DNA of 64,000 nucleotides, taken from contig JAEXGR010000026.1 in the NCBI GenBank assembly GCA_023450745.1, forward strand, positions 8,219-72,218. The letters are read 5' to 3'. This document shows, in pieces, positions 1 to 8,354 of this stretch (the stretch's first letter is position 1; the number at the start of each line of letters is the position of its first letter). Made by a program: the position numbers and the translations under genes. This stretch comes from Synergistota bacterium (GTDB taxonomy: Bacteria; Synergistota; Synergistia; Synergistales; Synergistaceae). The notes beneath the pieces were generated by a model, which did not search any database, was not told the origin of the DNA, and saw only the letters and a program-made list of their open reading frames with translations.

Positions 1-2459
1 GGGACGAAGCCGGCCGGCCTGTCCGGGCGGTGGGCTGCAGCGTCGATATCACGTCCCTGAAAGAGATGGAACGCCGCTTTGAAGAAGAAAAACGCTACCA
101 GGAGGCCACCGGCGGCGAAAATTCGCTCACCAAGGCGCGGGCTAACATCACGAAAGACATCCTCGAAATCTACCGGGCCGGCCCCAACGTCGGCATCTGC
201 CGCGAGGGAATCTCCTTTGGCACGGCGATTGCCGCCCTGGCCGGCACCGCGCTCCGTGATGAAAAGAAAAAAGAGATATTCCAGACCTTCAGCAACGAGG
301 CGATGTCCCGCCCCATATCCCTCGAAGAGAGGCCGGCGGCGGTGGAATACCTGCGCAAGACGAACGACGGCGAGGTGATCTGGGCGCGCACCACCGCAAA
401 GCGCTTCGTCCACCCGGAGACGCGGGATATAATGTGTTTCCTCTACACCTACGACATCAGCAGGGAAAAAAACCCCGAGATAATCACCAAAAGAATCACG
501 GAAATCGAATACGACCGCATCGTCCTCATCGACGCCAGCACGGGGGCGATGACCGTCTACCAGTCTCTGGAAGACGGCTGCTTCGAGGCCGCGAACTACC
601 GGGCGGAGCTGGATAAAATCCTGCGGGGGTATGTGGCGGAGGAAGAGCTTCCCGACGCTTTCCGTATGATGGAGCTGAAAAACATCTGCCGGGAGCTTGA
701 GGAGCATGAGCTATTCAGCTGCTCCTTCAACGTCACTGAAAAAAAAGGCCGCAAAGCGCGCAAAAAATGGCAGTTCTGCTACCTTGACGAGATCAGGCGC
801 TTAATCCTGGCGACGAAGAGCGACGTGACCGAAATATTCAACGAACAGACGCGGCAGCAGGAAATACTCAAAGAGGCGCTCGCCCAGGCGGAGCAGGCCA
901 GCCTCGCGAAATCGGAATTCCTCTCGCGTATGAGCCATGAGATCAGAACGCCGATGAACGCGATCATCGGGATGTCTGCGATCGCCGCGCAGTGCGTGAA
1001 CGACCCGGCGCAGGTCTCCGACTGCCTGGCGAAGGTCGGCATATCCGCGCGCTTCCTGCTCTCGCTGATCAACGACATCTTGGACATGAGCCGCATCGAA
1101 AGCGGCAAAGTCGTCATCAAAAAAGAGCGGATTCCCTTTGAAGAATTCATCAACGGCATCAACACCATCTGCAGCGAACAGGCCGGCGCGAAGGGCGTGG
1201 ACTACGACTGCATAATGACGACCTTCACGGAAAGCGCCTACGCCGGCGACCCGATGAAACTTCAGCAGATACTGATAAACATCATCGCGAACGCGATAAA
1301 ATTTACGCCGAAAGGCGGAAAAGTACAGTTCATCGTCAGCCAGGACCGGATCTCGGCGGGGAACGCCCACATGCGCTTTTCCATCAACGACACGGGGATT
1401 GGGATAAAAGAAGAATTCCTGCCGAAAATCTTCGACCCCTTTGAACAGGAGCACGCCGGCGCCGCTTCGATCTACGGCGGAACGGGGCTGGGGCTCGCCA
1501 TCTCGAAGAACCTCGCGGAACTGATGGGCGGGAGCATCACGGTGCACAGCATAGAGGGGATCGGCAGCGAATTCGTCGTCTCGCTGCCGCTTGACCTCTG
1601 CGAAGAGCGCCTGGCCCCCGGCAGGCTTAAATCCTCGCTGAACCTGGCGTCGCTCTCGGCGCTCGTCGTGGACGACGAAGTGACGATCTGCGAACATACC
1701 GCGAGGATACTCGGGGACATGGGGATGCGCGCCGACTGGGTTGACAGCGGCATGAAGGCGGTCGAGCGAGTCAAACAAAAATGGGACCGGCGGGAATTCT
1801 ACGACGTCATCCTCATCGACTGGAAGATGCCCGAGATGGACGGCATCGAGACGGCCAGGCGGATACGCCGCATCGTCGGCCCCGAAGTGACCATCATCAT
1901 TATCACCGCCTACGATTGGGGGGCCATCGAATCGGAGGCGAAAAACGCCGGCGTCAACATGCTGATCTCAAAGCCGCTCTTCAAAAACTCCCTCACCTCG
2001 GCTTTTGAAAAAATCTACTCCGGGAACGGCGGCGGCGAAGCGCCGGCGCCGCAGGTGCGGTATGACTTCAGCGGCAGCCGCGTGCTGCTCGCCGAAGACC
2101 ATTTGCTCAACGTCGAAGTGGCCAAACGCATCCTTACCAACAAAGGCCTTGAGGTGGAGGTGGCGGAAAACGGCCTGGCGGCGATAGAGGCCTTCGTCGC
2201 GAACCCCGCGTATTATTATGACCTGATACTTATGGACATCAGGATGCCGCTGATGGACGGCCTTACCGCCGCGAAATCCATCCGCCACACCAAAAAGGCC
2301 GACGCCCGCAGCATTCCGATAATCGCGATGAGCGCCAACGCCTTTGACGAGGACGTGGAAAAATCCAAATCGGCGGGCATGAACGAACACCTGGCAAAGC
2401 CGATCGACCCGAATCTGCTCTACGAAACGCTCGCCAGGTACCTGAAAACGCCGCGCTAA
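1..2459 (+). CDS. Hybrid sensor histidine kinase (PAS-like input, HisKA, HATPase, two receiver domains); probably 5'-partial
   Basis: H-box AKSEFLSRMSHEIRTPMNAI, N-box NIIANAIKFT, G-boxes DTGIGI and GTGLGLAIS, receivers VILIDWKMPEMDG and LILMDIRMPLMDG. The true start likely lies upstream of the window. Confidence 0.93.
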   Translation, partial: DEAGRPVRAVGCSVDITSLKEMERRFEEEKRYQEATGGENSLTKARANITKDILEIYRAGPNVGICREGISFGTAIAALAGTALRDEKKKEIFQTFSNEAMSRPISLEERPAAVEYLRKTNDGEVIWARTTAKRFVHPETRDIMCFLYTYDISREKNPEIITKRITEIEYDRIVLIDASTGAMTVYQSLEDGCFEAANYRAELDKILRGYVAEEELPDAFRMMELKNICRELEEHELFSCSFNVTEKKGRKARKKWQFCYLDEIRRLILATKSDVTEIFNEQTRQQEILKEALAQAEQASLAKSEFLSRMSHEIRTPMNAIIGMSAIAAQCVNDPAQVSDCLAKVGISARFLLSLINDILDMSRIESGKVVIKKERIPFEEFINGINTICSEQAGAKGVDYDCIMTTFTESAYAGDPMKLQQILINIIANAIKFTPKGGKVQFIVSQDRISAGNAHMRFSINDTGIGIKEEFLPKIFDPFEQEHAGAASIYGGTGLGLAISKNLAELMGGSITVHSIEGIGSEFVVSLPLDLCEERLAPGRLKSSLNLASLSALVVDDEVTICEHTARILGDMGMRADWVDSGMKAVERVKQKWDRREFYDVILIDWKMPEMDGIETARRIRRIVGPEVTIIIITAYDWGAIESEAKNAGVNMLISKPLFKNSLTSAFEKIYSGNGGGEAPAPQVRYDFSGSRVLLAEDHLLNVEVAKRILTNKGLEVEVAENGLAAIEAFVANPAYYYDLILMDIRMPLMDGLTAAKSIRHTKKADARSIPIIAMSANAFDEDVEKSKSAGMNEHLAKPIDPNLLYETLARYLKTPR

Positions 2460-2607
2460 AGGCCGCGCCGCGAAAAGAGACTCTTTAAAGGCCGTTTGGC
2501 ACATGCAAGGCCGCAGATAGACAAATATGTAAAAAACAATGCGGGCAAACTTATATTCACCCCTTTTGCGTCACCGTTATTACCGGCAAAATATATAAAA
2601 ATTCCTC

Positions 2608-2647
2608 TGCCGATACCGGAGATAAATTGCCGATATCGGCATATAAT
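2608..2647 (+). promoter_or_regulatory. Putative autoregulatory operator(s) and -10 of the HTH-Fic gene
   Basis: Perfect palindrome TGCCGATATCGGCA at 2628-2641, a degenerate copy TGCCGATACCGGAG at 2608-2621, TATAAT at 2642-2647. Confidence 0.55.
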
Positions 2648-2664
2648 AGAGACAGAAAAGGGGA

Positions 2665-3570
2665 GTGAAGGCAGTGCGATTTTTATCCGTGGCGGAAACG
2701 GCTAGAAAATGGAAGATATCCGAGCGCGCCGTGCGAAACTACTGCGCGCTCGGGCGCGTGCCCGACGCCTTTCTGACAGGCAAGACCTGGAACATTCCCG
2801 AGACGGCGGACAAGCCTTCCCGCATCCCCAAAACGCGGAAGGCGCCGGCGACGCTGCGGGCATTTTTGCTGCGGGAGAAGGCCGGCGGGCTCTCCGGAGG
2901 TATCTACCATAAAATACAGGTTGACCTGACCTATAATTCCAATCACATCGAGGGCAGCCGGCTGACTCACGACCAGACCCGCTATATCTTTGAGACAAAC
3001 ACCATCGGCCTCTCCGGCCGGGCGGTGAACGTGGACGATGTGGTGGAAACGGTAAACCACTTTCGCTGCATCGATATGATAATCGACCATACCGCCCGCC
3101 AGCTGAGCGAACGTTTTATCCGGCAGCTCCACGCCGTGTTGAAAGGCGGAACCGGCGACAGCCGCAAAGATTGGTTTGCCGTCGGCGAATATAAGCGGCT
3201 TCCAAATGAAGTCGGCGGGCGCGCGACGACGCCTCCGGAGGAGGTATCGGGGCAAATGCGGCAATTGCTGGACTCCTATAACAGCTTGGGAAAAAAGGAC
3301 CTGGCGGCGCTTCTTGACTTTCATGTGCGTTTTGAAGCCATCCATCCGTTTCAGGACGGCAACGGGCGCGTCGGACGCCTGATCCTCTTCAAAGAATGCC
3401 TGGCGAACGATATCGTGCCGTTTATCATCGGCGAAGATCTGAAAATGTTCTACTATCGCGGAATGCGCGAATGGGGAAGAAAAAAAGGATACCTGACTGA
3501 TACCTGCCTGACCGCGCAGGATCGCTTTAAAAAAACGCTGGATTACTTTCGCATTCCTTACGAAAAATAA
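2665..3570 (+). CDS. Fic family protein with N-terminal helix-turn-helix
   Basis: Fic motif HPFQDGNGRVGR, inhibitory-type SNHIEG motif, N-terminal excisionase-like HTH (LSVAETARKWKISERAVRNYC). Confidence 0.92.
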   Translation: MKAVRFLSVAETARKWKISERAVRNYCALGRVPDAFLTGKTWNIPETADKPSRIPKTRKAPATLRAFLLREKAGGLSGGIYHKIQVDLTYNSNHIEGSRLTHDQTRYIFETNTIGLSGRAVNVDDVVETVNHFRCIDMIIDHTARQLSERFIRQLHAVLKGGTGDSRKDWFAVGEYKRLPNEVGGRATTPPEEVSGQMRQLLDSYNSLGKKDLAALLDFHVRFEAIHPFQDGNGRVGRLILFKECLANDIVPFIIGEDLKMFYYRGMREWGRKKGYLTDTCLTAQDRFKKTLDYFRIPYEK

Positions 3571-3576
3571 AGCAAA

Positions 3577-3615
3577 GCCGCGCGCCCGGAGCCTGTGCAG
3601 ACTCGGGGCGCGCGG
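3577..3615. terminator. Hairpin between the convergent fic and NSS transporter genes
   Basis: GC-rich inverted repeat ccgcgcgccc...gggcgcgcgg between two stop codons. Confidence 0.6.
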
Positions 3616-3625
3616 TTCTGCGCTC

Positions 3626-4966
3626 CTACCATTTAAGCCCCGTAAAGAAAATCACGAGAATCGCGGCGGGGGCTACGGCCTTTACCATTATCATCCAGAC
3701 GTCGAAAAGACCGAAGGCGGTCTTGCCGTCGTTCGTCGCCTCCCGCTTTACGACCTCCTTATTGAGGACCCAGCCGACAAAGAGACAGCAGAGCGTCGAA
3801 CATAGCGGCATCATGATGCTGTCCGTCAGATAGCCCGCCGCGTCGATGAAATCCCGGCTGCCGATCTTGAGGCCGCCGGAGAGCGAAAGCGCGGAGGGAA
3901 CGCCGGCGAGGAAGATCAGCGCCGCCGTGATGAACGTCGCCATCTTCCGGTCCATGCCGTGGTCCACGAAGTAGCCGGTGGAGCATTCCAGCAGCGAGAT
4001 CGACGAGGTGAGCGCCGCGACAAAGAAAAGCAGAAAAAAGATCACCGCGAAGACCACGCCGCCGCTCATCTTTGCAAAGAGCGTCGGCACGGTGATGAAG
4101 GTGAGCCCCGGGCCCGCGGCCGGTTCCGCGCCGAAGGCGAAGACGGCGGGGAAGATCATCAGTCCCGCGAGAAAGGCGACCGCCGTGTCGATGAAGCAGA
4201 TCTGTTTTACGGAAGAGAGAATATTTTCCGTCCTGGGCAGATAACTGCCGTAAATCATGATCGCGCCCGCGCCGAGCGAGAGAGAGAAGAAACCCTGCCC
4301 CAGCGCCGCAAGCCACGTCTCAGAAGTCACCTTTGAGAAATCCGGCTTGAGATAAAACTCGATTCCCGCAAACGCCCCCGGCAGCGTCACGGCGCGGAGG
4401 ATGAGGACCAGCATCGCCACGAAAAGCATCGGCATCATGATCTTGCAGCTCCGCTCAATGCCGTCCTTTACGCCTAAGAGCACCACTAGAGCGGTGGCGA
4501 GCATGAAAAGCCCCTGATAAAAAATTACCTCCTGCGGATTGGAGACGAAAGTTCCGAAAATCTCCTCCGTCCTTCCCGCCGCGGCATATTCTAAGAGGTC
4601 GGTGAACGACATGAGGAAATACTTTACGATCCAGCCGCCGATGACCGAATAATAAGAGAGGATGATGAAGGTGCAGAGGATTCCGGCCAAACCGACCGGC
4701 TTCCATTTTTTACCGCCTAGTTTTTCAAACGTGTCGGCCGCGTTGAGTCTGCCCATGCGGCCGAGGAGAACCTCCGTCGTCATCGCGGTGACGCCGATGC
4801 AGGCTATTATCACGATATAGATAAAGAGAAAGGCCGCTCCGCCGTTCTTCCCCGCGATATACGGGAACTTCCACAAATTGCCGAGACCCACCGCCGAACC
4901 GGCCGCCGCCAGCACAAAGCCAATACGGCTTCCGAAGGATTCTCGCTTCTTTTCGTCGATCATCAT
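3626..4966 (-). CDS. Sodium-dependent transporter, NSS/SNF family
   Basis: Signature GSAVGLGNLWKFPY, GGAAFL, GQGFFSLSLG; many TM helices; SD GGAGG before the ATG at 4966. Confidence 0.93.
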   Translation of the reverse strand: MMIDEKKRESFGSRIGFVLAAAGSAVGLGNLWKFPYIAGKNGGAAFLFIYIVIIACIGVTAMTTEVLLGRMGRLNAADTFEKLGGKKWKPVGLAGILCTFIILSYYSVIGGWIVKYFLMSFTDLLEYAAAGRTEEIFGTFVSNPQEVIFYQGLFMLATALVVLLGVKDGIERSCKIMMPMLFVAMLVLILRAVTLPGAFAGIEFYLKPDFSKVTSETWLAALGQGFFSLSLGAGAIMIYGSYLPRTENILSSVKQICFIDTAVAFLAGLMIFPAVFAFGAEPAAGPGLTFITVPTLFAKMSGGVVFAVIFFLLFFVAALTSSISLLECSTGYFVDHGMDRKMATFITAALIFLAGVPSALSLSGGLKIGSRDFIDAAGYLTDSIMMPLCSTLCCLFVGWVLNKEVVKREATNDGKTAFGLFDVWMIMVKAVAPAAILVIFFTGLKW

Positions 4967-5208
4967 AATGCCTCCCATTATATTTCACTGCCGCGGATTT
5001 ATTGTATCACCACTGTGCAGTAAATTACAGACGGGCAAAGGGAAAATAGCCGCGCCGTCCGCAGGCGGCGCTCCATATAGTGACCGGCGCGTTTGCCAAT
5101 GCCGGCCGGCCGCTACGTTTGCCCTAAGACGCGGGGTACCTTATAATGGATACCGATAGGAAAACTAATATAAAAGGAGCGCCGGGCTTTCCGCCCGCTT
5201 GGTTGGTT

Positions 5209-6024
5209 ATGGTGAAGAACTACTGTGAATGTCAAAAAAACAAGGCGTTTACCCTTGTTGAAATACTAATCGTTGTGATCATCATCGGCATCTTGGCCGG
5301 GCTCATGATGTTAAGCGCCGGTTCTTCGACGGAGACGGCGGAGAGAACGGCGTGCCGCGGCGACCGCCGTACGATAAAGAGCGCCTACTATGTGGAGCGC
5401 GCGGAAAATAGAAAGACCTTTAAAGAATCCTTGGAAAAGGCGATGGCGCAGTTTACGAAGGTCAGAGACCTCACCGTGGCGGACGGCTCCGCGAGCTGCG
5501 GCGGCGTATGCCATGCCGGTGGGATATATTCTCTGACAGAGACAAGCGGAGACAAGCTTCTGATATCCTGTTCCGTCGCCGGACATGACGAAGAGAAGAT
5601 GGACCGCACCAAAACGATTTATGAACAGATCTTAGCGGCACACAACGACATGCCAAAACAGCCGTGGCCGTCCGGCGCTGGTTTAATGGAATTGGTAAAG
5701 AACATCCTTGGCGGAGCATACGTATACGACGGCAAAGAATATTATCTTAAAGTGGACGTGAAAGGAATAACCACGCCGCTGCTCTACGCGAGCGAGAAAC
5801 CCGACACTGACGGCAGCCATAGATTTGTGGCCGACTATGTCTATAACAGCGAGACGGACACGTGGTACAAATGTTCCCCATCCATCAGCACCGCCGGCAT
5901 GAATGACGACCTGCAGAAGCAGATCAACGAGTCGATAAAAACCAGCGCGCCGATAACGATCTCAGGAACACCTACAAATATCACCTGGACCGAGGTGCCG
6001 GGGTTTACGCCGTTTTTGAGGTGA
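5209..6024 (+). CDS. Type IV pilin-like protein with C-terminal extension
   Basis: Class III signal KNKA|FTLVEILIVVIIIGILAG; Cys-containing core (C...CHAGGIY...CSVAGH). Start placed at ATG 5209 rather than 5146. Confidence 0.85.
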   Translation: MVKNYCECQKNKAFTLVEILIVVIIIGILAGLMMLSAGSSTETAERTACRGDRRTIKSAYYVERAENRKTFKESLEKAMAQFTKVRDLTVADGSASCGGVCHAGGIYSLTETSGDKLLISCSVAGHDEEKMDRTKTIYEQILAAHNDMPKQPWPSGAGLMELVKNILGGAYVYDGKEYYLKVDVKGITTPLLYASEKPDTDGSHRFVADYVYNSETDTWYKCSPSISTAGMNDDLQKQINESIKTSAPITISGTPTNITWTEVPGFTPFLR

Positions 6025-6135
6025 AGACTGGCTGCCTGGCACTGAAGTTGGAACTGATGGCGGTTTACCAATAAGCAGCATTGTAGTTTATGTACATTTT
6101 TAGTTGCGATAATATGCAAGGAAGAATATGAGGAC

Positions 6136-6356
6136 ATGGCTACAGAGACAATTCATTTTAAGGCTAAGAGCAATATAAAAGAACGCGCGATGATAACAAA
6201 ATTTGCACGCGAAGGGCAGACAGTGTTGGGATAGAAGAACAACCAAACACGGAAACTTTTAAAGCGCTACGCGAGGGGAAGGCGGCCCGCAAAAATCATG
6301 AAGCAAAAACTGAAAGCCTGGAGTAATTTTCCGCCAGCGCGGAAATCAGCTTATGA
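6136..6356 (+). pseudogene. Decayed RelB/DinJ-type antitoxin
   Basis: MATETIHFKAKSNIKERA-MITKFAREG* (6136-6234), then in a shifted frame IEEQPNTETFKALREG (from 6231). Resembles DinJ (TKVAREK...EPNQLT) with an internal deletion, a frameshift and a stop. Confidence 0.5.
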
Positions 6357-6377
6357 TGTTTGAATCAGTGAGGCAGA

Positions 6378-6473
6378 TGCTCACGCTAAAGGAGCTGGGC
6401 GGGGCGCGTCGGGTGATTTTCGCATCATCCAGCCCCAATTTGCGGATTATATCAGATAACGAGCGGCTTAAAT
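6378..6473 (+). pseudogene. Possible RelE-type toxin remnant
   Basis: Fragments across frames (RVG / GDFRII / YQI) resemble the RelE RVGDYRIIY motif, directly after the antitoxin remnant. Confidence 0.3.
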
Positions 6474-6487
6474 AAGGCACTATGTTT

Positions 6488-6508
6488 TATTATTATTATT
6501 ATTATTAT
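6488..6508 (+). repeat. (TAT)7 simple repeat just upstream of a pilin RBS
   Basis: Seven tandem TAT units, then GAGGGA SD and ATG at 6525. Confidence 0.85.
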
Positions 6509-6524
6509 ATGAGGGATAAAAATT

Positions 6525-6860
6525 ATGGAAATAAAAAAGCGCAACTCAGGAAAAGGATTCACGCTTGTCGAATTGTTGATAGTCATAATAATAATCGGCG
6601 TGCTTGCGGGCGGATTGTACCTTGCGGTCGGCGGTTCCGATGAAAAGGCGAAGGAAGCGACTTGTCTGGGAAACCGCGAGGCTATAAAAACGGCCTGGGA
6701 GCTACATAAATTCGCAAATTCCACAAGCGAGAGCCTACAGGACTTTATTGATACGAAATTTCACGGACAGATAATGAACGAACAAGCCGTCTGTCCTTCT
6801 GGCGGAATCTATTCCGCTGTTGAAAACAACGTAAAATGTTCGGTCCACAAAACAAACTAG
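6525..6860 (+). CDS. Short type IV pilin-like protein (111 aa)
   Basis: SGKG|FTLVELLIVIIIIGVLAG; C...CPSGGIY...CSVH core; SD present. Confidence 0.9.
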   Translation: MEIKKRNSGKGFTLVELLIVIIIIGVLAGGLYLAVGGSDEKAKEATCLGNREAIKTAWELHKFANSTSESLQDFIDTKFHGQIMNEQAVCPSGGIYSAVENNVKCSVHKTN

Positions 6861-6950
6861 AGACCTTTTTATCGCCCAAAACGGCCTTAAAGTACTAAAG
6901 AAAGCCGGTGTCTTTGGGCAAAAAGGCGGGGCATTATGACATCTTGAGAT

Positions 6951-8327
6951 TTACCGGCATGTGACATATTTCTGTCTGCTACTGGTAGGTTTTTCCGGTA
7001 TCGTAGGTTCTATAAAGCCTTCTTTTATCAAAGGGGCCAATACATTCTTTCGGAAATATTCCCGATGTTTTATGCCGATATAATCTTGTATCTCTGTCCT
7101 GCTTCTGGGAACAACGCAGAATTCTAAAATGGCTTCCAACATCCTGCGCGGCACTTGCGCGGTACTTGCGCGGTACTTGCGCGGTACTTGCGCGATATCG
7201 GCATCAGAGCCGCGTCCGCTGCGGTAGAAAACTACGGCAAAACCAGATTTCAGCCGTTTGAAGTCTAGCCTTACTTTTGCTTGGTCACAAGCGGTCTTTA
7301 TGCGCTTTAATCCAGTACCGAAACTTTCAACGTCTTTTGAATAGTAAAGGCAGCGTGTAATCAACGGATTCCTGCGCACGGGGCGCTCGTCTCTCTCAAT
7401 AAAGTCCTCTGGGGTGTGTCCAGCGGGGAAACGTCCAGGGTTATATATCTCGATTCTGTCCTTGAATATGGCAACCTCATTTGATTGCTGCGCGCTGTAA
7501 TCCTTGTGGCAGAAAGAGTTGATCAGCGCTTCTCTCAATGCGGAAATCGGGATCTCCGGAATTTCTCTTCTTTGAAGCGAGTCTTCAAACTCGATTTTCC
7601 AGCGAATGTTATTTTTGATGTAGAGTTCGGCAGCTTCAACAAGTTCAAAAATATTTCCCGTATGTCTTTGAATATCATTGAATGTCAGGCGTTCTTCCGT
7701 CGCGAAGATCGCCATTTGCAATTCAACCAGAGCGCTGTCGCAGAACAGCACTTTGCCGGCGTTTAAAAGGTAACTGCCGCAAGTCAACGACAGCTTATTG
7801 AGTACGGAAGCGGGATTCGTGTAATCGAAGTCGATCCGCTCTATCTCTCTGGCTTTACGAAGGTAAATTTTTAAGATATCCTCCTCTATGTCTTCCAGTG
7901 TGTAATCAGAAACCTTACTCTCCCACAAAACAGAGGAATCATTTTTTCGTAGGATGAACTCTTCTAACTGCTCTGGCGATAGAGGCAAATCTCTGTCTGC
8001 CACACGAATTTTTGCCTTGCCGTATGAGTAATATGGCGGATTTGTCCCTGAAAACTTCACTTCAACGCATGTCCTGCCATCCAACATCACCATGGAAATA
8101 TGGGGAAAGATAGCCGGCTCTATGTGGTTTTCTATTGCCGTGCTAATATCGCGCAGCGTTTTTTCACTTATTGTCTGCCCGATGGGAACGCCGTCCGGCC
8201 TTACGCCAAAATACAGAATTCCTGCACCATGCTTATTAAGTATGGCGCAGATAGAATCCATCGCCTCCTTCATCTCACTGGTGGATTTTTTATATTCTAA
8301 AGTTTCAGACTCAAAGCCTAAGCTCAT
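6951..8327 (-). CDS. AlbA_2 (Schlafen-like) DNA-binding / HATPase_c_4 / winged-helix protein
   Basis: ESETLEYKKS...AILNKHGAGILYFGV (AlbA_2), LREALINSFCHKDY, RNPLI, GTGL; C-terminal wHTH ending PTSSRQKY. Start could be 8345. Confidence 0.85.
   Translation of the reverse strand: MSLGFESETLEYKKSTSEMKEAMDSICAILNKHGAGILYFGVRPDGVPIGQTISEKTLRDISTAIENHIEPAIFPHISMVMLDGRTCVEVKFSGTNPPYYSYGKAKIRVADRDLPLSPEQLEEFILRKNDSSVLWESKVSDYTLEDIEEDILKIYLRKAREIERIDFDYTNPASVLNKLSLTCGSYLLNAGKVLFCDSALVELQMAIFATEERLTFNDIQRHTGNIFELVEAAELYIKNNIRWKIEFEDSLQRREIPEIPISALREALINSFCHKDYSAQQSNEVAIFKDRIEIYNPGRFPAGHTPEDFIERDERPVRRNPLITRCLYYSKDVESFGTGLKRIKTACDQAKVRLDFKRLKSGFAVVFYRSGRGSDADIAQVPRKYRASTAQVPRRMLEAILEFCVVPRSRTEIQDYIGIKHREYFRKNVLAPLIKEGFIEPTIPEKPTSSRQKYVTCR
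7146..7194. repeat. Tandem 11-bp repeat (GCGCGGTACTT x4 plus partial) inside the CDS
   Basis: Units at 7146 (one mismatch), 7157, 7168, 7179, plus GCGCG at 7190-7194. Confidence 0.95.
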
Positions 8328-8354
8328 TTTTATGATTTTCCACAACAGTGGCGG

